Part shown: positions 28,415-39,835 of the stretch, in pieces
Layout of the letters: every line of letters starts with the position of its first letter
How positions within the stretch are numbered: the stretch's first letter is position 1
NCBI RefSeq assembly: GCF_003334385.1
Contig: NZ_QOWN01000001.1
Strand: one strand, 5' to 3'
From: Escherichia coli
GTDB taxonomy: Bacteria; Pseudomonadota; Gammaproteobacteria; Enterobacterales; Enterobacteriaceae
Length of the DNA: 64,000 bases
Notes under the pieces: generated by a model
Databases searched by the model: none
The model's input: the letters and a program-made list of their open reading frames with translations, nothing else
What the model was told of the DNA's origin: nothing
Translations under genes and position numbers: made by a program

Positions 28415-29797
28415 ATGAAGAGTGAAGTGTTGTCCGTTAAAGAGAAAATTGGTTATGGCATGGGAGACGCCGCCAGCCACATTATTTTCGATAACGTAAT
28501 GTTATATATGATGTTCTTTTATACCGATATTTTTGGCATTCCTGCCGGTTTTGTCGGAACCATGTTTTTGGTCGCTCGTGCACTGGATGCGATTTCCGAT
28601 CCTTGCATGGGGTTGTTGGCCGATCGAACGCGCTCTCGCTGGGGTAAATTTCGTCCGTGGGTACTGTTTGGCGCACTGCCATTCGGGATCGTCTGTGTAC
28701 TGGCCTATAGCACGCCAGATCTCAGTATGAACGGCAAAATGATCTATGCAGCAATTACTTACACCCTACTTACCTTACTTTATACCGTCGTCAATATCCC
28801 TTACTGCGCATTGGGTGGTGTAATCACCAATGACCCGACTCAGCGTATCTCGCTGCAATCCTGGCGTTTTGTGCTGGCGACCGCGGGAGGCATGCTTTCT
28901 ACTGTTCTGATGATGCCACTGGTTAATTTAATTGGCGGTGATAATAAACCACTCGGTTTCCAGGGCGGTATCGCGGTCCTTTCCGTGGTGGCATTCATGA
29001 TGCTGGCATTTTGTTTCTTCACCACTAAAGAACGCGTTGAAGCACCACCTACAACAACGTCTATGCGGGAAGATTTACGTGATATCTGGCAAAACGACCA
29101 GTGGCGGATTGTCGGTTTACTAACCATTTTCAATATCCTGGCGGTGTGCGTACGCGGTGGGGCGATGATGTATTACGTCACATGGATTTTGGGCACGCCG
29201 GAAGTGTTTGTCGCTTTTCTCACCACTTATTGCGTGGGTAACCTGATTGGTTCCGCACTGGCAAAACCTCTGACCGACTGGAAATGTAAAGTCACTATCT
29301 TCTGGTGGACGAACGCCCTGCTGGCAGTGATTAGCCTCGCGATGTTCTTTGTTCCCATGCAGGCCAGCATCACTATGTTTGTCTTCATCTTCGTGATTGG
29401 TGTGTTGCATCAACTGGTGACACCTATCCAGTGGGTAATGATGTCCGATACCGTCGACTACGGCGAGTGGTGCAATGGTAAACGCCTGACCGGGATCAGT
29501 TTTGCTGGCACGCTGTTTGTGCTCAAACTGGGGTTGGCCTTCGGCGGCGCTCTTATCGGCTGGATGCTGGCTTATGGCGGATATGATGCGGCAGAAAAAG
29601 CGCAGAACAGCGCCACGATTAGCATCATTATTGCGCTATTCACGATTGTTCCGGCGATCTGTTATTTGCTGAGCGCGATTATCGCTAAACGCTACTACTC
29701 ACTCACGACGCACAATCTGAAAACCGTTATGGAACAGCTGGCTCAGGGTAAACGCCGTTGCCAGCAACAATTCACCTCTCAAGAAGTGCAGAACTAA
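28415..29797 (+). CDS. yicJ: glycoside-pentoside-hexuronide family transporter YicJ
   Basis: 460-aa product from the Met at 28415 (MKSEVLSVKEKIGYGMGD...). Multi-pass membrane protein upstream of yicI, as in K-12. Confidence 0.9.
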   Translation: MKSEVLSVKEKIGYGMGDAASHIIFDNVMLYMMFFYTDIFGIPAGFVGTMFLVARALDAISDPCMGLLADRTRSRWGKFRPWVLFGALPFGIVCVLAYSTPDLSMNGKMIYAAITYTLLTLLYTVVNIPYCALGGVITNDPTQRISLQSWRFVLATAGGMLSTVLMMPLVNLIGGDNKPLGFQGGIAVLSVVAFMMLAFCFFTTKERVEAPPTTTSMREDLRDIWQNDQWRIVGLLTIFNILAVCVRGGAMMYYVTWILGTPEVFVAFLTTYCVGNLIGSALAKPLTDWKCKVTIFWWTNALLAVISLAMFFVPMQASITMFVFIFVIGVLHQLVTPIQWVMMSDTVDYGEWCNGKRLTGISFAGTLFVLKLGLAFGGALIGWMLAYGGYDAAEKAQNSATISIIIALFTIVPAICYLLSAIIAKRYYSLTTHNLKTVMEQLAQGKRRCQQQFTSQEVQN

Positions 29798-29806
29798 GGA
29801 ACGGCA

Positions 29807-32125
29807 ATGAAAATTAGCGATGGAAACTGGTTGATTCAACCTGGCCTCAATTTGATTCACCCGCTTCAGGTGTTCGAGGTTGAACAGCAGGATAATGAAA
29901 TGGTGGTCTATGCTGCCCCCCGTGATGTGCGTGAACGTACCTGGCAGCTTGATACGCCTTTATTTACGTTGCGCTTTTTCTCCCCACAGGAAGGTATTGT
30001 CGGTGTGCGGATTGAGCATTTTCAGGGGGCGCTGAATAACGGTCCTCATTATCCGCTCAATATTTTGCAGGACGTGAAGGTCACAATCGAAAACACAGAA
30101 CGTTATGCTGAGTTTAAAAGTGGCAACTTAAGCGCGCGTGTCAGCAAAGGTGAGTTCTGGTCACTGGATTTTCTGCGCAACGGCGAACGTATTACCGGTA
30201 GTCAGGTGAAAAATAATGGCTACGTGCAGGACACGAATAATCAACGCAATTATATGTTTGAGCGGCTTGATCTTGGCGTTGGCGAAACAGTTTACGGTCT
30301 GGGAGAGCGCTTTACTGCCCTGGTGCGCAATGGCCAGACGGTAGAGACCTGGAACCGGGACGGCGGCACAAGTACTGAACAGGCGTATAAAAATATCCCG
30401 TTCTACATGACTAACCGTGGTTATGGGGTACTGGTCAATCATCCCCAGTGTGTCTCTTTTGAAGTGGGATCGGAGAAAGTCTCCAAAGTGCAGTTCAGCG
30501 TTGAGAGTGAATATCTCGAATACTTTGTTATCGACGGCCCGACGCCGAAAGCGGTACTTGATCGTTATACCCGCTTTACTGGTCGTCCGGCGCTGCCGCC
30601 CGCGTGGTCCTTCGGCCTGTGGCTAACCACTTCATTTACCACCAACTACGACGAAGCGACGGTAAACAGCTTTATCGATGGTATGGCGGAACGCAATCTG
30701 CCGCTGCATGTTTTCCACTTTGACTGTTTCTGGATGAAAGCCTTCCAGTGGTGCGATTTTGAGTGGGACCCGCTGACTTTCCCTGACCCGGAAGGGATGA
30801 TCCGCCGCCTGAAAGCGAAAGGACTGAAAATCTGCGTCTGGATTAACCCCTATATCGGTCAAAAATCCCCCGTCTTTAAAGAGTTACAAGAGAAAGGCTA
30901 TTTACTCAAACGCCCGGACGGTTCGCTATGGCAGTGGGATAAATGGCAGCCAGGTCTGGCGATTTATGACTTTACCAATCCGGATGCCTGCAAATGGTAC
31001 GCCGACAAACTGAAAGGTCTGGTCGCGATGGGCGTTGATTGCTTTAAGACCGACTTTGGCGAACGTATCCCAACTGATGTTCAGTGGTTTGACGGTTCCG
31101 ATCCGCAGAAAATGCATAACCATTATGCGTACATCTACAACGAACTGGTGTGGAACGTGCTCAAGGACACCGTTGGTGAGGAAGAAGCTGTCTTGTTTGC
31201 CCGCTCGGCCTCCGTCGGTGCGCAGAAATTCCCGGTACACTGGGGTGGCGATTGTTACGCTAACTACGAATCAATGGCGGAAAGCCTGCGCGGTGGTTTG
31301 TCTATTGGCCTTTCAGGTTTTGGCTTCTGGAGCCACGATATCGGCGGCTTTGAAAATACCGCTCCGGCGCACGTTTACAAACGCTGGTGCGCGTTTGGTT
31401 TGCTCTCCAGCCATAGCCGTTTACACGGTAGCAAATCTTATCGTGTGCCGTGGGCCTACGATGATGAGTCCTGTGATGTGGTGCGCTTCTTCACGCAACT
31501 GAAATGCCGCATGATGCCGTATCTGTATCGTGAAGCTGCGCGTGCGAACGCGCGGGGTACGCCGATGATGCGGGCCATGATGATGGAGTTCCCGGACGAT
31601 CCGGCTTGTGATTACCTTGACCGTCAATACATGTTAGGCGACAACGTGATGGTTGCGCCGGTGTTCACTGAAGCGGGCGATGTGCAGTTCTACCTGCCGG
31701 AAGGTCGCTGGACACACCTGTGGCACAACGATGAACTCGACGGTAGTCGCTGGCATAAACAGCAGCACGGCTTCCTGAGTCTGCCCGTTTATGTGCGTGA
31801 TAACACTCTACTGGCGCTGGGCAACAACGATCAACGTCCCGATTACGTGTGGCACGAAGGCACGGCATTCCACCTCTTTAATCTGCAAGACGGGCATGAA
31901 GCCGTCTGTGAAGTGCCCGCTGCTGACGGATCGGTGATCTTTACTTTAAAAGCAGCACGTACTGGCAACACGATTACTGTGACTGGTGCGGGCGAGGCGA
32001 AGAACTGGACACTGTGCCTGCGCAATGTTGTGAAAGTAAATGGTCTGCAAGACGGTTCGCAGGCTGAAAGTGAGCAGGGGCTGGTGGTGAAGCCTCAAGG
32101 GAATGCGCTGACAATTACGTTGTAA
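29807..32125 (+). CDS. yicI: alpha-xylosidase YicI (glycoside hydrolase family 31)
   Basis: 772-aa ORF in the K-12 yicJI arrangement. Confidence 0.9.
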
Positions 32126-32177
32126 TCTATTGATGGAATGCCGGGTACGTCTGAGTCGTACCCGGCGAGATTGATGT

Positions 32178-33887
32178 TTACCGCACCGGCTCCGTCGATG
32201 TAACTTCACCGCTGGAAACGATGCCAGCATTCATGGTTTGAGTCACTTGCTGCTTTGCGGCGTTCACGGCATGCAATTGCCCGCTAACCGTAGGTTTCAA
32301 CGGGACATTGGCCTGAATATCGCCACTGGCGGTAAGCTGAATATTGCCGTCGCCAGTCAACGGTAATTCAGGCCATCCCCACTGTTGCAAAATATTCACC
32401 GGCACACCGCGTCCATTCAGGCTGATATGTGTCTGACGTTGTGGCGTTTGTGAAACACTGGCGGTGGCTTCCAGAATGCCTTTTTCAGTAAATGCACTCA
32501 GTTCGCTGATATTCACCGTGCTGCTGTTGGCGGTCAGCGCCAGCGACGGGCGACGAACATCAACACGATTGAATGTCGCGGCGGCGGCATTCAGATTCGC
32601 CGAGCCACTCCAGACGCCCCATTTATGATCGGTAACCAGCGTCAGGTTGGCACCGTAACCATCGAGCGCGGTGAGCTGCCACGGGAAGTCAGGGTCGATA
32701 TCAATGATCAGATTGCGGCTGGCGCTAAATCTCTTCAGTTGCAGGCTGTTTAACCAACCGGGTGTCGTTTCCATCCACAACTGTTGCCAGTTTTTCGGCA
32801 AGGTATATTCCAGCCCGGCAATTGCCGCATCATCAAGGATCAACGTTTTCCCGTCACGCAGCCAGTTCCCTGACGTTCTGACCATACCCCCTTCCCAGCG
32901 GCTGGTGAACTGGCGCAGCGCTACGCCCTGCGGGGAAAATTCCGTGTTTATAATCGGGTCAAATAAATGCAGCGAACCATAAATGAACTCGCTAGCGTTC
33001 ATCGACAGTTTGCCTTCCTGTGTCTGCCAGTCATCTTTACTGAAGGTCATGTTGCGCAAGCTGAGATCGAGGTCGGTCACCGCCCAGTCCGGACCTTGCA
33101 AACGAGCATCGATCACTTCCAGGCGACCAATCTGCAACGACGGGACAGAGCGTAATGGCGCAAAGAAGTCGGTTAGCGATTTTTCGCTTTGTAGACGTAT
33201 ATCCGCCATGCGCAGGTTTTCCACTTGCCAGCTGCCGTCGGCGTTACGCTGCGCGTTTCCGGTTAATGTCCCGCGGGCGATGTCGGCACCCAGGTTAGTC
33301 AGCGTAACGCGATCGTTATCAATACTGCCTTCAATCAGTACATTGGTGGCAGGAACATCATTGAGCGAAAGCGATCCGGCACTAAACTGAATCTGCGCCT
33401 TCGTACCCAGCACTTTACCGGCTTTTGGTGACCACGGAACTACGCCGCCATTTACCCGCTGCGCGCTCAGTTTCCATTCGCTATTCGGGCTATTAAACGC
33501 CATATCACGCAGTTGCAGACGATCGGCTTTGAACGGTAGCGGCGCGGTCTGGTCGGTGAGATTCAGCGTCCCGTTTTCCAGCAGGATGGTATCGACATGG
33601 CGTGGTTCGGTCAGTTGCCGACTGCTTAGCGCAATGTCGACACTTTTGGCCACCAGGGTCGCGGGCTGGCCATCACGACCAAACGTGACGTTCTCCAGCA
33701 CGATATGAGATGGCGCGGAAAAACGGTGATCCATCGCCCCGAAGGCCAGATGATAGTCGCTATTCTCGGAAACCCATGCGCTGATATGTTCTGCTCCCCA
33801 GCGGGTTTGCAGAAGAAAATAGAGGCCAGCGATCGCCACTAACAGAGCGATGAGAATGTAGAGAAGCAGCTTCCCAATAAATTTCAT
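32178..33887 (-). CDS. yicH: AsmA-family protein YicH
   Basis: 569-aa product from MKFIGKLLLYILIALLVAIAGLYF (N-terminal anchor). Conserved position. Confidence 0.85.
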   Translation of the reverse strand: MKFIGKLLLYILIALLVAIAGLYFLLQTRWGAEHISAWVSENSDYHLAFGAMDHRFSAPSHIVLENVTFGRDGQPATLVAKSVDIALSSRQLTEPRHVDTILLENGTLNLTDQTAPLPFKADRLQLRDMAFNSPNSEWKLSAQRVNGGVVPWSPKAGKVLGTKAQIQFSAGSLSLNDVPATNVLIEGSIDNDRVTLTNLGADIARGTLTGNAQRNADGSWQVENLRMADIRLQSEKSLTDFFAPLRSVPSLQIGRLEVIDARLQGPDWAVTDLDLSLRNMTFSKDDWQTQEGKLSMNASEFIYGSLHLFDPIINTEFSPQGVALRQFTSRWEGGMVRTSGNWLRDGKTLILDDAAIAGLEYTLPKNWQQLWMETTPGWLNSLQLKRFSASRNLIIDIDPDFPWQLTALDGYGANLTLVTDHKWGVWSGSANLNAAAATFNRVDVRRPSLALTANSSTVNISELSAFTEKGILEATASVSQTPQRQTHISLNGRGVPVNILQQWGWPELPLTGDGNIQLTASGDIQANVPLKPTVSGQLHAVNAAKQQVTQTMNAGIVSSGEVTSTEPVR

Positions 33888-33975
33888 GGTCTTCCATCCC
33901 GTGAAATGCACATAAGGGAGTTATGCACGATTTACGCGCAATCCTCAAGGCGGGAATGGTTAAAGAGGTGAGACT

Positions 33976-34000
33976 GCGGCGGTAATTATCTTACCGCCGC
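33976..34000 (-). terminator. stem-loop immediately downstream of xanP (candidate terminator, no clean U-tract)
   Basis: Perfect 10-bp arms GCGGCGGTAA / TTACCGCCGC with a 5-nt loop. Confidence 0.35.
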
Positions 34001-34007
34001 CAGTGAA

Positions 34008-35399
34008 TTACTGTTTTTCTGGTGGGAAAATCAGATTCAGCACGATGGCAGTAATACCGCCCGCGGCGATCCCGGAGGAGAGCAGGTTTTTCAGCCATTC
34101 AGGGGCAAACTGCAAAATCAGCGGCTGCTGAGACACGCCCAGACCAACCGCCAGCGACAGCGCGATAATCAGAATCGCCCGACGGTTCAGCGGCTCACGA
34201 GAAACGATACGCACACCGGAGGCGGCGATGGTGCCAAACATTACAAGCGTTGCGCCGCCCAGAACCGGTTCTGGAATGTGTTGTACAAAACCGCTCACTG
34301 CCGGGAACAGACCCAGCACGATCAACATCAGCGCGACGACAAAACCGACATAGCGGCTGGCAACACCAGTCAACTGGATCACTCCGTTGTTTTGCCCGAA
34401 GCAGGAGTTCGGGAAGGTGTTAAACACCGCCGAAACAAACGAGTTCAGGCCGTTTGCCAGCACGCCGCCTTTCAGGCGTTTCATGTACAGCGGACCGGAC
34501 ACTGGCTGTTCGGAAACGTCAGAGGTCGCCGTGATATCGCCAATGGTTTCCAGCGAAGTGATCATAAAGACCAGCATCAGCGGCAGCAGCAGACTCCATT
34601 CAATGCCAAGACCGTAATAGAGCGGCGTTGGCACCATAATCAGTTCTTGCGTCATAGGTTCGTTGCTTTCTGGCAACATGCCCATAAACCACGCCAGCGC
34701 ATATCCGGCCGCCATCGCAATTACCAGTGAGGCCACGCGTAAGTAAGGGTTACGTTGACGGTTAAGCAGGATAATTAAGGCTAAGACCACGCCTGCCAGC
34801 AGCAGATTTTTCGGTGCGCCGAAGGTGTTATCGCTCATGGCTGCGTAACCGCCGCCAATGGACGTTAACCCAACCTGAATTAGCGACAGGCCGATAATCA
34901 TCACCACAACGCCAGAAACCAGCGGCGTAATAATGCGGCGCGCCAGATGCAGAACGCGGGAGATCACCATCTCGGTGCAACTTGCCAGCATCAACGTGCC
35001 GAACAAAGCCGCCATCATGGTAGGAACATCAGCACCACCGGTTTTCAGCGCGGTACCGCCCATAATCAGCGGGGCAACAAAGTTGAAGCTGGTGCCCTGA
35101 ATAGACAACAGCCCGGAGCCAACCGGACCCCAGGCCTTAATTTGAATAATCGATGCCACACCGGAGGCAAACAGCGACATACTAATAATGTGTTGCGTGT
35201 CTTGTGCCGGTAAACCCAGCGCCTGGCAGATTAATAGCGCTGGCGTGATCACCGCAACGAACATCGCCAGCAGATGCTGACAGGCGGCAAACAGGGTTTG
35301 AGGAAGCGGCGGACGATCTTCAAGACGGTAAATCAGTTCGCTGTTTTGAGTCTGCGCAACCGGTTGCGCATTTTCTGACTCGAGGGTGGAAACAGACAT
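34008..35399 (-). CDS. xanP: xanthine permease XanP (NCS2 family)
   Basis: 463-aa product from [16 protein letters not shown]...; multi-pass membrane protein in the K-12 position. Confidence 0.9.
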
Positions 35400-35678
35400 C
35401 GAAAACAATCCCGTGGTAGCAAAGCGGGCATTTTAGCTGACCGAAAGAGAAAAGCAAACGTTTGCCACATCCTCATCTAAATATTTAAATGAGATAAATG
35501 CACTTTTTTATATAACTTTTGGTATTTTTCTGCTTAAAATCCATGCCATTTGTTCATTAACAGCTGAGAATTTGACCCAGGAAAGCATAACTCGATACCC
35601 GTCATAGTTCATGAAGTTGCCACTGCGCGATGAAGTATGACGAGTATGAAAGAGTGATGCGGATACAAAGGAGTAACT

Positions 35679-36884
35679 ATGTTTCATCTCGATACTTTAG
35701 CAACGCTTGTTGCCGCAACGCTGACGTTGCTGCTCGGGCGTAAGTTGGTCCATTCCGTCTCCTTTTTGAAGAAATACACCATACCGGAACCTGTTGCGGG
35801 TGGTTTGTTGGTGGCGCTGGCGCTACTAGTACTGAAAAAAAGCATGGGCTGGGAAGTCAACTTTGATATGTCCCTGCGCGATCCGTTAATGCTGGCTTTC
35901 TTCGCCACCATTGGCCTGAACGCCAACATTGCCAGTTTGCGTGCCGGTGGGCGTGTGGTTGGCATCTTCTTGATTGTGGTTGTTGGTCTGTTGGTGATGC
36001 AAAATGCCATTGGCATTGGTATGGCTAGCTTGTTAGGGCTTGATCCGCTGATGGGGCTGTTGGCCGGTTCTATTACGCTTTCCGGCGGTCACGGTACGGG
36101 CGCTGCGTGGAGTAAATTGTTCATTGAACGTTATGGCTTCACCAATGCGACGGAAGTGGCGATGGCCTGTGCAACGTTCGGTCTGGTGCTGGGCGGCTTG
36201 ATTGGCGGTCCGGTGGCGCGCTATCTGGTGAAACACTCCACCACGCCGAACGGTATTCCGGATGACCAGGAAGTCCCGACGGCGTTTGAAAAGCCGGATG
36301 TGGGACGCATGATCACCTCGTTGGTGCTGATTGAAACTATCGCGCTGATTGCTATCTGCCTGACGGTGGGGAAAATTGTTGCGCAACTTTTGGCTGGCAC
36401 TGCTTTTGAACTGCCGACCTTCGTCTGTGTACTGTTTGTTGGCGTGATTCTGAGCAACGGTCTGTCAATAATGGGCTTTTACCGCGTCTTTGAGCGTGCG
36501 GTATCCGTGCTGGGTAACGTAAGCTTGTCGTTGTTCCTGGCGATGGCGTTGATGGGGCTGAAACTGTGGGAGCTGGCTTCGCTGGCGCTGCCGATGCTGG
36601 CGATTCTGGTGGTACAGACCATCTTCATGGCGTTGTATGCCATCTTCGTTACCTGGCGCATGATGGGCAAAAACTACGATGCGGCAGTGCTGGCTGCGGG
36701 TCACTGTGGTTTTGGCCTCGGTGCAACGCCAACGGCAATCGCCAACATGCAGGCGATCACTGAACGCTTTGGCCCGTCGCACATGGCGTTTTTGGTGGTG
36801 CCGATGGTCGGTGCGTTCTTTATCGATATCGTCAATGCGCTGGTAATTAAGTTGTATTTGATGTTGCCGATTTTTGCCGGTTAA
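35679..36884 (+). CDS. gltS: sodium/glutamate symporter GltS
   Basis: 401-aa multi-pass membrane protein in the K-12 position. Confidence 0.9.
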   Translation: MFHLDTLATLVAATLTLLLGRKLVHSVSFLKKYTIPEPVAGGLLVALALLVLKKSMGWEVNFDMSLRDPLMLAFFATIGLNANIASLRAGGRVVGIFLIVVVGLLVMQNAIGIGMASLLGLDPLMGLLAGSITLSGGHGTGAAWSKLFIERYGFTNATEVAMACATFGLVLGGLIGGPVARYLVKHSTTPNGIPDDQEVPTAFEKPDVGRMITSLVLIETIALIAICLTVGKIVAQLLAGTAFELPTFVCVLFVGVILSNGLSIMGFYRVFERAVSVLGNVSLSLFLAMALMGLKLWELASLALPMLAILVVQTIFMALYAIFVTWRMMGKNYDAAVLAAGHCGFGLGATPTAIANMQAITERFGPSHMAFLVVPMVGAFFIDIVNALVIKLYLMLPIFAG

Positions 36885-37052
36885 CCGATGAAGCGGCGGT
36901 AGAAGTGCCGCCGCAACAAAGACAAATGCCTGATACGCTTCGCTTATCAAGCCTGCGTATTGATTCATAATTTATTGAATTTGTAGGGTGATGAATCGCA
37001 TCCGGCAGGAAGGTAGGGTAACCTGAAATGGCGGTCTTCTCACTGCCGCCTT

Positions 37053-39134
37053 TTACGCATTCGAGTAACGTTCCGTCTCCGGCATCCAGCGTTCTATCAG
37101 GGCTTTTGCCTGTTGTGGGTAACGTTCGTGAATATGGCGTGCCAGGCGCTGAACTTCCGGGATCATCGCCTGATCGCGCAGTAAATCCGCCACTTTAAAT
37201 TCAGCATTACCCGTCTGACGCGTGCCTAACAATTCGCCAGGGCCGCGAATCTCCAGATCTTTTTGCGCAATCACAAAACCGTCGTTACTGTCGCGCAGCA
37301 CTTGCAGGCGAATTTGCGCCGTTTTAGAAAGCGGCGTTTTGTAGAGCAGCACGCAGTGAGAAGCCACCGCGCCACGACCTACGCGCCCGCGCAGCTGGTG
37401 TAACTGCGCCAGACCCAGACGCTCCGGGTTTTCGATAATCATCAGACTGGCGTTAGGCACATCAACGCCGACTTCAATAACGGTTGTGGCAACCAGCAGG
37501 TGTAGCTCACCTTGTTTAAACGACGCCATCACCGCCTGTTTCTCGGCAGGTTTCATCCGCCCGTGTACCAGGCCAACGTTCAACTCTGGTAGCGCCAGTT
37601 TCAACTCTTCCCAGGTAGCTTCCGCCGCCTGCGCTTCCAGCAATTCCGACTCTTCAATCAACGTACAAACCCAGTATGCCTGACGACCTTCAGTTATGCA
37701 GGCGTGGTGCACGCGGTCAATGATGTCGGTACGGCGGGTATCAGGAATAGCGACCGTAGTCACTGGCGTGCGGCCTGGCGGCAGCTCATCTATCACCGAG
37801 GTATCGAGATCGGCATACGCAGTCATTGCCAGCGTGCGGGGGATCGGCGTGGCGGTCATGATCAACTGATGCGGATGGAAGCCCTGCTGCTGGCCTTTCT
37901 CCCACAATGCCAGACGCTGATGCACGCCAAAACGATGCTGTTCGTCGATAATCACCAGCGCCAGGCCGTTAAACTGCACCTGTTCCTGGAAGATGGCGTG
38001 TGTACCGACAATCATCTGCACCTGACCGCTGGCGATGGCTTCCTGCTGTGCCAGCCGTGCTTTACCTTTCTGCTTACCGGCGAGCCAGCCCACTTCGATA
38101 CCGAGCGGTGCAAACCAGTTGCGGAAGTTATTGGCGTGCTGCTCGGCGAGTAATTCGGTTGGTGCCATCAATGCTACCTGTTTGCCGTGGGCAATCGCAC
38201 GCAACGCGGCGAGGGCGGCGACCAGCGTTTTACCGGAACCTACATCGCCCTGCACCAGACGCATCATCGGCACATCCAGCGCCATATCGCGCTCGATCTC
38301 CGCCACTACGCGTGCCTGTGCGCCCGTTGGCTTGAACGGTAAGGCGGCGAGGAGTTTATTTTTCAGCGTGTCATTGGCGCTCAGCGGCTGGGCATGAAAA
38401 CGCTGTGCTCCGGCACGTAAGGCTAACATGCTGAGGTTGTGCGCCAGCAGTTCTTCCAGAATCAGACGACGTTGCGCCGGATGCTGCCCGGTTTCCAGAT
38501 CGCTAAGCTGTAGCGTCGGTGGCGGGCGGTGCAAAGTGCGCAACGCTTCCGGTAGCGTCATCATTCCTTGTGACAGTTCCGGCGGCAGGAGTTCTTCAAT
38601 GGCGCAGGTGTCGAGCAGATCCAGCGCCTGGTCGGTTAATTTACGCAGCGTGGCCTGCTTTACGCCTTCCGTTGTTGGATAAACCGGCGTGAGCGTTTCC
38701 TGTAATTCTGGCGTGCTGAGATCGCCCTGCACGCGGTATTCCGGGTGGATCATCTCCGCACCATATTTACCGCGCTTTGCTTCGCCATAAGCCAGTACAC
38801 GGCGGCCCGCCGCCAGGCTATTTTTCATTGCCGCGCTGAAATTGAAAAAGCGCATGGTGAGGATGCCGGAACCGTCGCTGATCTGGCAGGTCATCATCCG
38901 CCGACCGCCGAAGGAGATATTGCAGTTCAGCACTTCGCCTTCCACCGTGGCATAAACGCCCGGCAGTAGTTCTCCGATGGGGTAGAGATGGGTGCGATCT
39001 TCGTAGCGCAGGGGAAGGTGTAAGAGTAGATCCTGCACGGTATGCAGGTTGATTTTCGCCAGTTTGTTACTAAGTGCTGCGCCAACGCCCGTTAGGGAAC
39101 TGAGTGGGACAGCATCTAACAGGCGACCTTTCAT
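37053..39134 (-). CDS. recG: ATP-dependent DNA helicase RecG
   Basis: 693-aa product from MKGRLLDAVPLSSLTGVG...; helicase motifs (GDVGSGKT, DEQHRFG). Confidence 0.95.
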   Translation of the reverse strand: MKGRLLDAVPLSSLTGVGAALSNKLAKINLHTVQDLLLHLPLRYEDRTHLYPIGELLPGVYATVEGEVLNCNISFGGRRMMTCQISDGSGILTMRFFNFSAAMKNSLAAGRRVLAYGEAKRGKYGAEMIHPEYRVQGDLSTPELQETLTPVYPTTEGVKQATLRKLTDQALDLLDTCAIEELLPPELSQGMMTLPEALRTLHRPPPTLQLSDLETGQHPAQRRLILEELLAHNLSMLALRAGAQRFHAQPLSANDTLKNKLLAALPFKPTGAQARVVAEIERDMALDVPMMRLVQGDVGSGKTLVAALAALRAIAHGKQVALMAPTELLAEQHANNFRNWFAPLGIEVGWLAGKQKGKARLAQQEAIASGQVQMIVGTHAIFQEQVQFNGLALVIIDEQHRFGVHQRLALWEKGQQQGFHPHQLIMTATPIPRTLAMTAYADLDTSVIDELPPGRTPVTTVAIPDTRRTDIIDRVHHACITEGRQAYWVCTLIEESELLEAQAAEATWEELKLALPELNVGLVHGRMKPAEKQAVMASFKQGELHLLVATTVIEVGVDVPNASLMIIENPERLGLAQLHQLRGRVGRGAVASHCVLLYKTPLSKTAQIRLQVLRDSNDGFVIAQKDLEIRGPGELLGTRQTGNAEFKVADLLRDQAMIPEVQRLARHIHERYPQQAKALIERWMPETERYSNA

Positions 39135-39139
39135 GGCAC

Positions 39140-39829
39140 TTACCCTGCAGCCTGCATAGTAGCCCACCAGTCGGCATCAGCTTCGATCTCGCCTTGCTGA
39201 TTGACGTGGGGATAAGGCAGGCCTTTGCGTTTTGCGACTTTCGCCAGCACCGGATAGCCGCCTTCAAACAACAGGCGTTGTTGCTCTGCTTCCGGCAACA
39301 TGCTGTTTTCACGCAGGTACATGCCTGCATTTTGCCGCTGACGCTGGGCTTCGTAAAGAATGAGGGCTGAGGCAACGGAAACATTCAGCGACTGCACCAT
39401 GCCGATCATCGGAATGATGATGTCCTGATCCGCCAGGGCCAATGCTTCCTGCGTGATGCCCGTTTTCTCCTGTCCCATCAAAATGCAGGTCGGGCGAGTG
39501 TAATCAATTTCGCGGAAATCGACAGCGTTATCAGAAAGATGGGTTGCCAGAATCTGCATGCCCTGGCCTTTGAGATGAGCGACGGCATCGCCAATGGTGC
39601 GGTGTGTTTTCACCTGTACCCAGCTGTTACTACCCGCCGCTGCCGAAGCCATGGTGCGCATGCGGCTACCAGGCCAGACGGCGTGAACTTCATGTACGCC
39701 AACGGCATCTGCGGTACGAATAATCGCAGAAACGTTATGAGGTTTGTGGACCTGCTCCATGCAGACGGTCAGATCAGGCTGCCGCCTGGCGAGCATTTCG
39801 CAGATGCGTGCATAACGTGTTGGGTTCAT
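39140..39829 (-). CDS. trmH: tRNA (Gm18) 2'-O-methyltransferase TrmH (SpoU)
   Basis: 229-aa ORF between spoT and recG. Confidence 0.9.
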   Translation of the reverse strand: MNPTRYARICEMLARRQPDLTVCMEQVHKPHNVSAIIRTADAVGVHEVHAVWPGSRMRTMASAAAGSNSWVQVKTHRTIGDAVAHLKGQGMQILATHLSDNAVDFREIDYTRPTCILMGQEKTGITQEALALADQDIIIPMIGMVQSLNVSVASALILYEAQRQRQNAGMYLRENSMLPEAEQQRLLFEGGYPVLAKVAKRKGLPYPHVNQQGEIEADADWWATMQAAG

Positions 39830-39835
39830 AAAACA

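Noticed and set aside
36893..36914. GC-rich stem-loop (GCGGCGG / CCGCCGC) downstream of gltS
   Set aside because: No U-tract follows on either strand, so it is not called as an intrinsic terminator; it may be a REP-like element but a single copy is insufficient to say.
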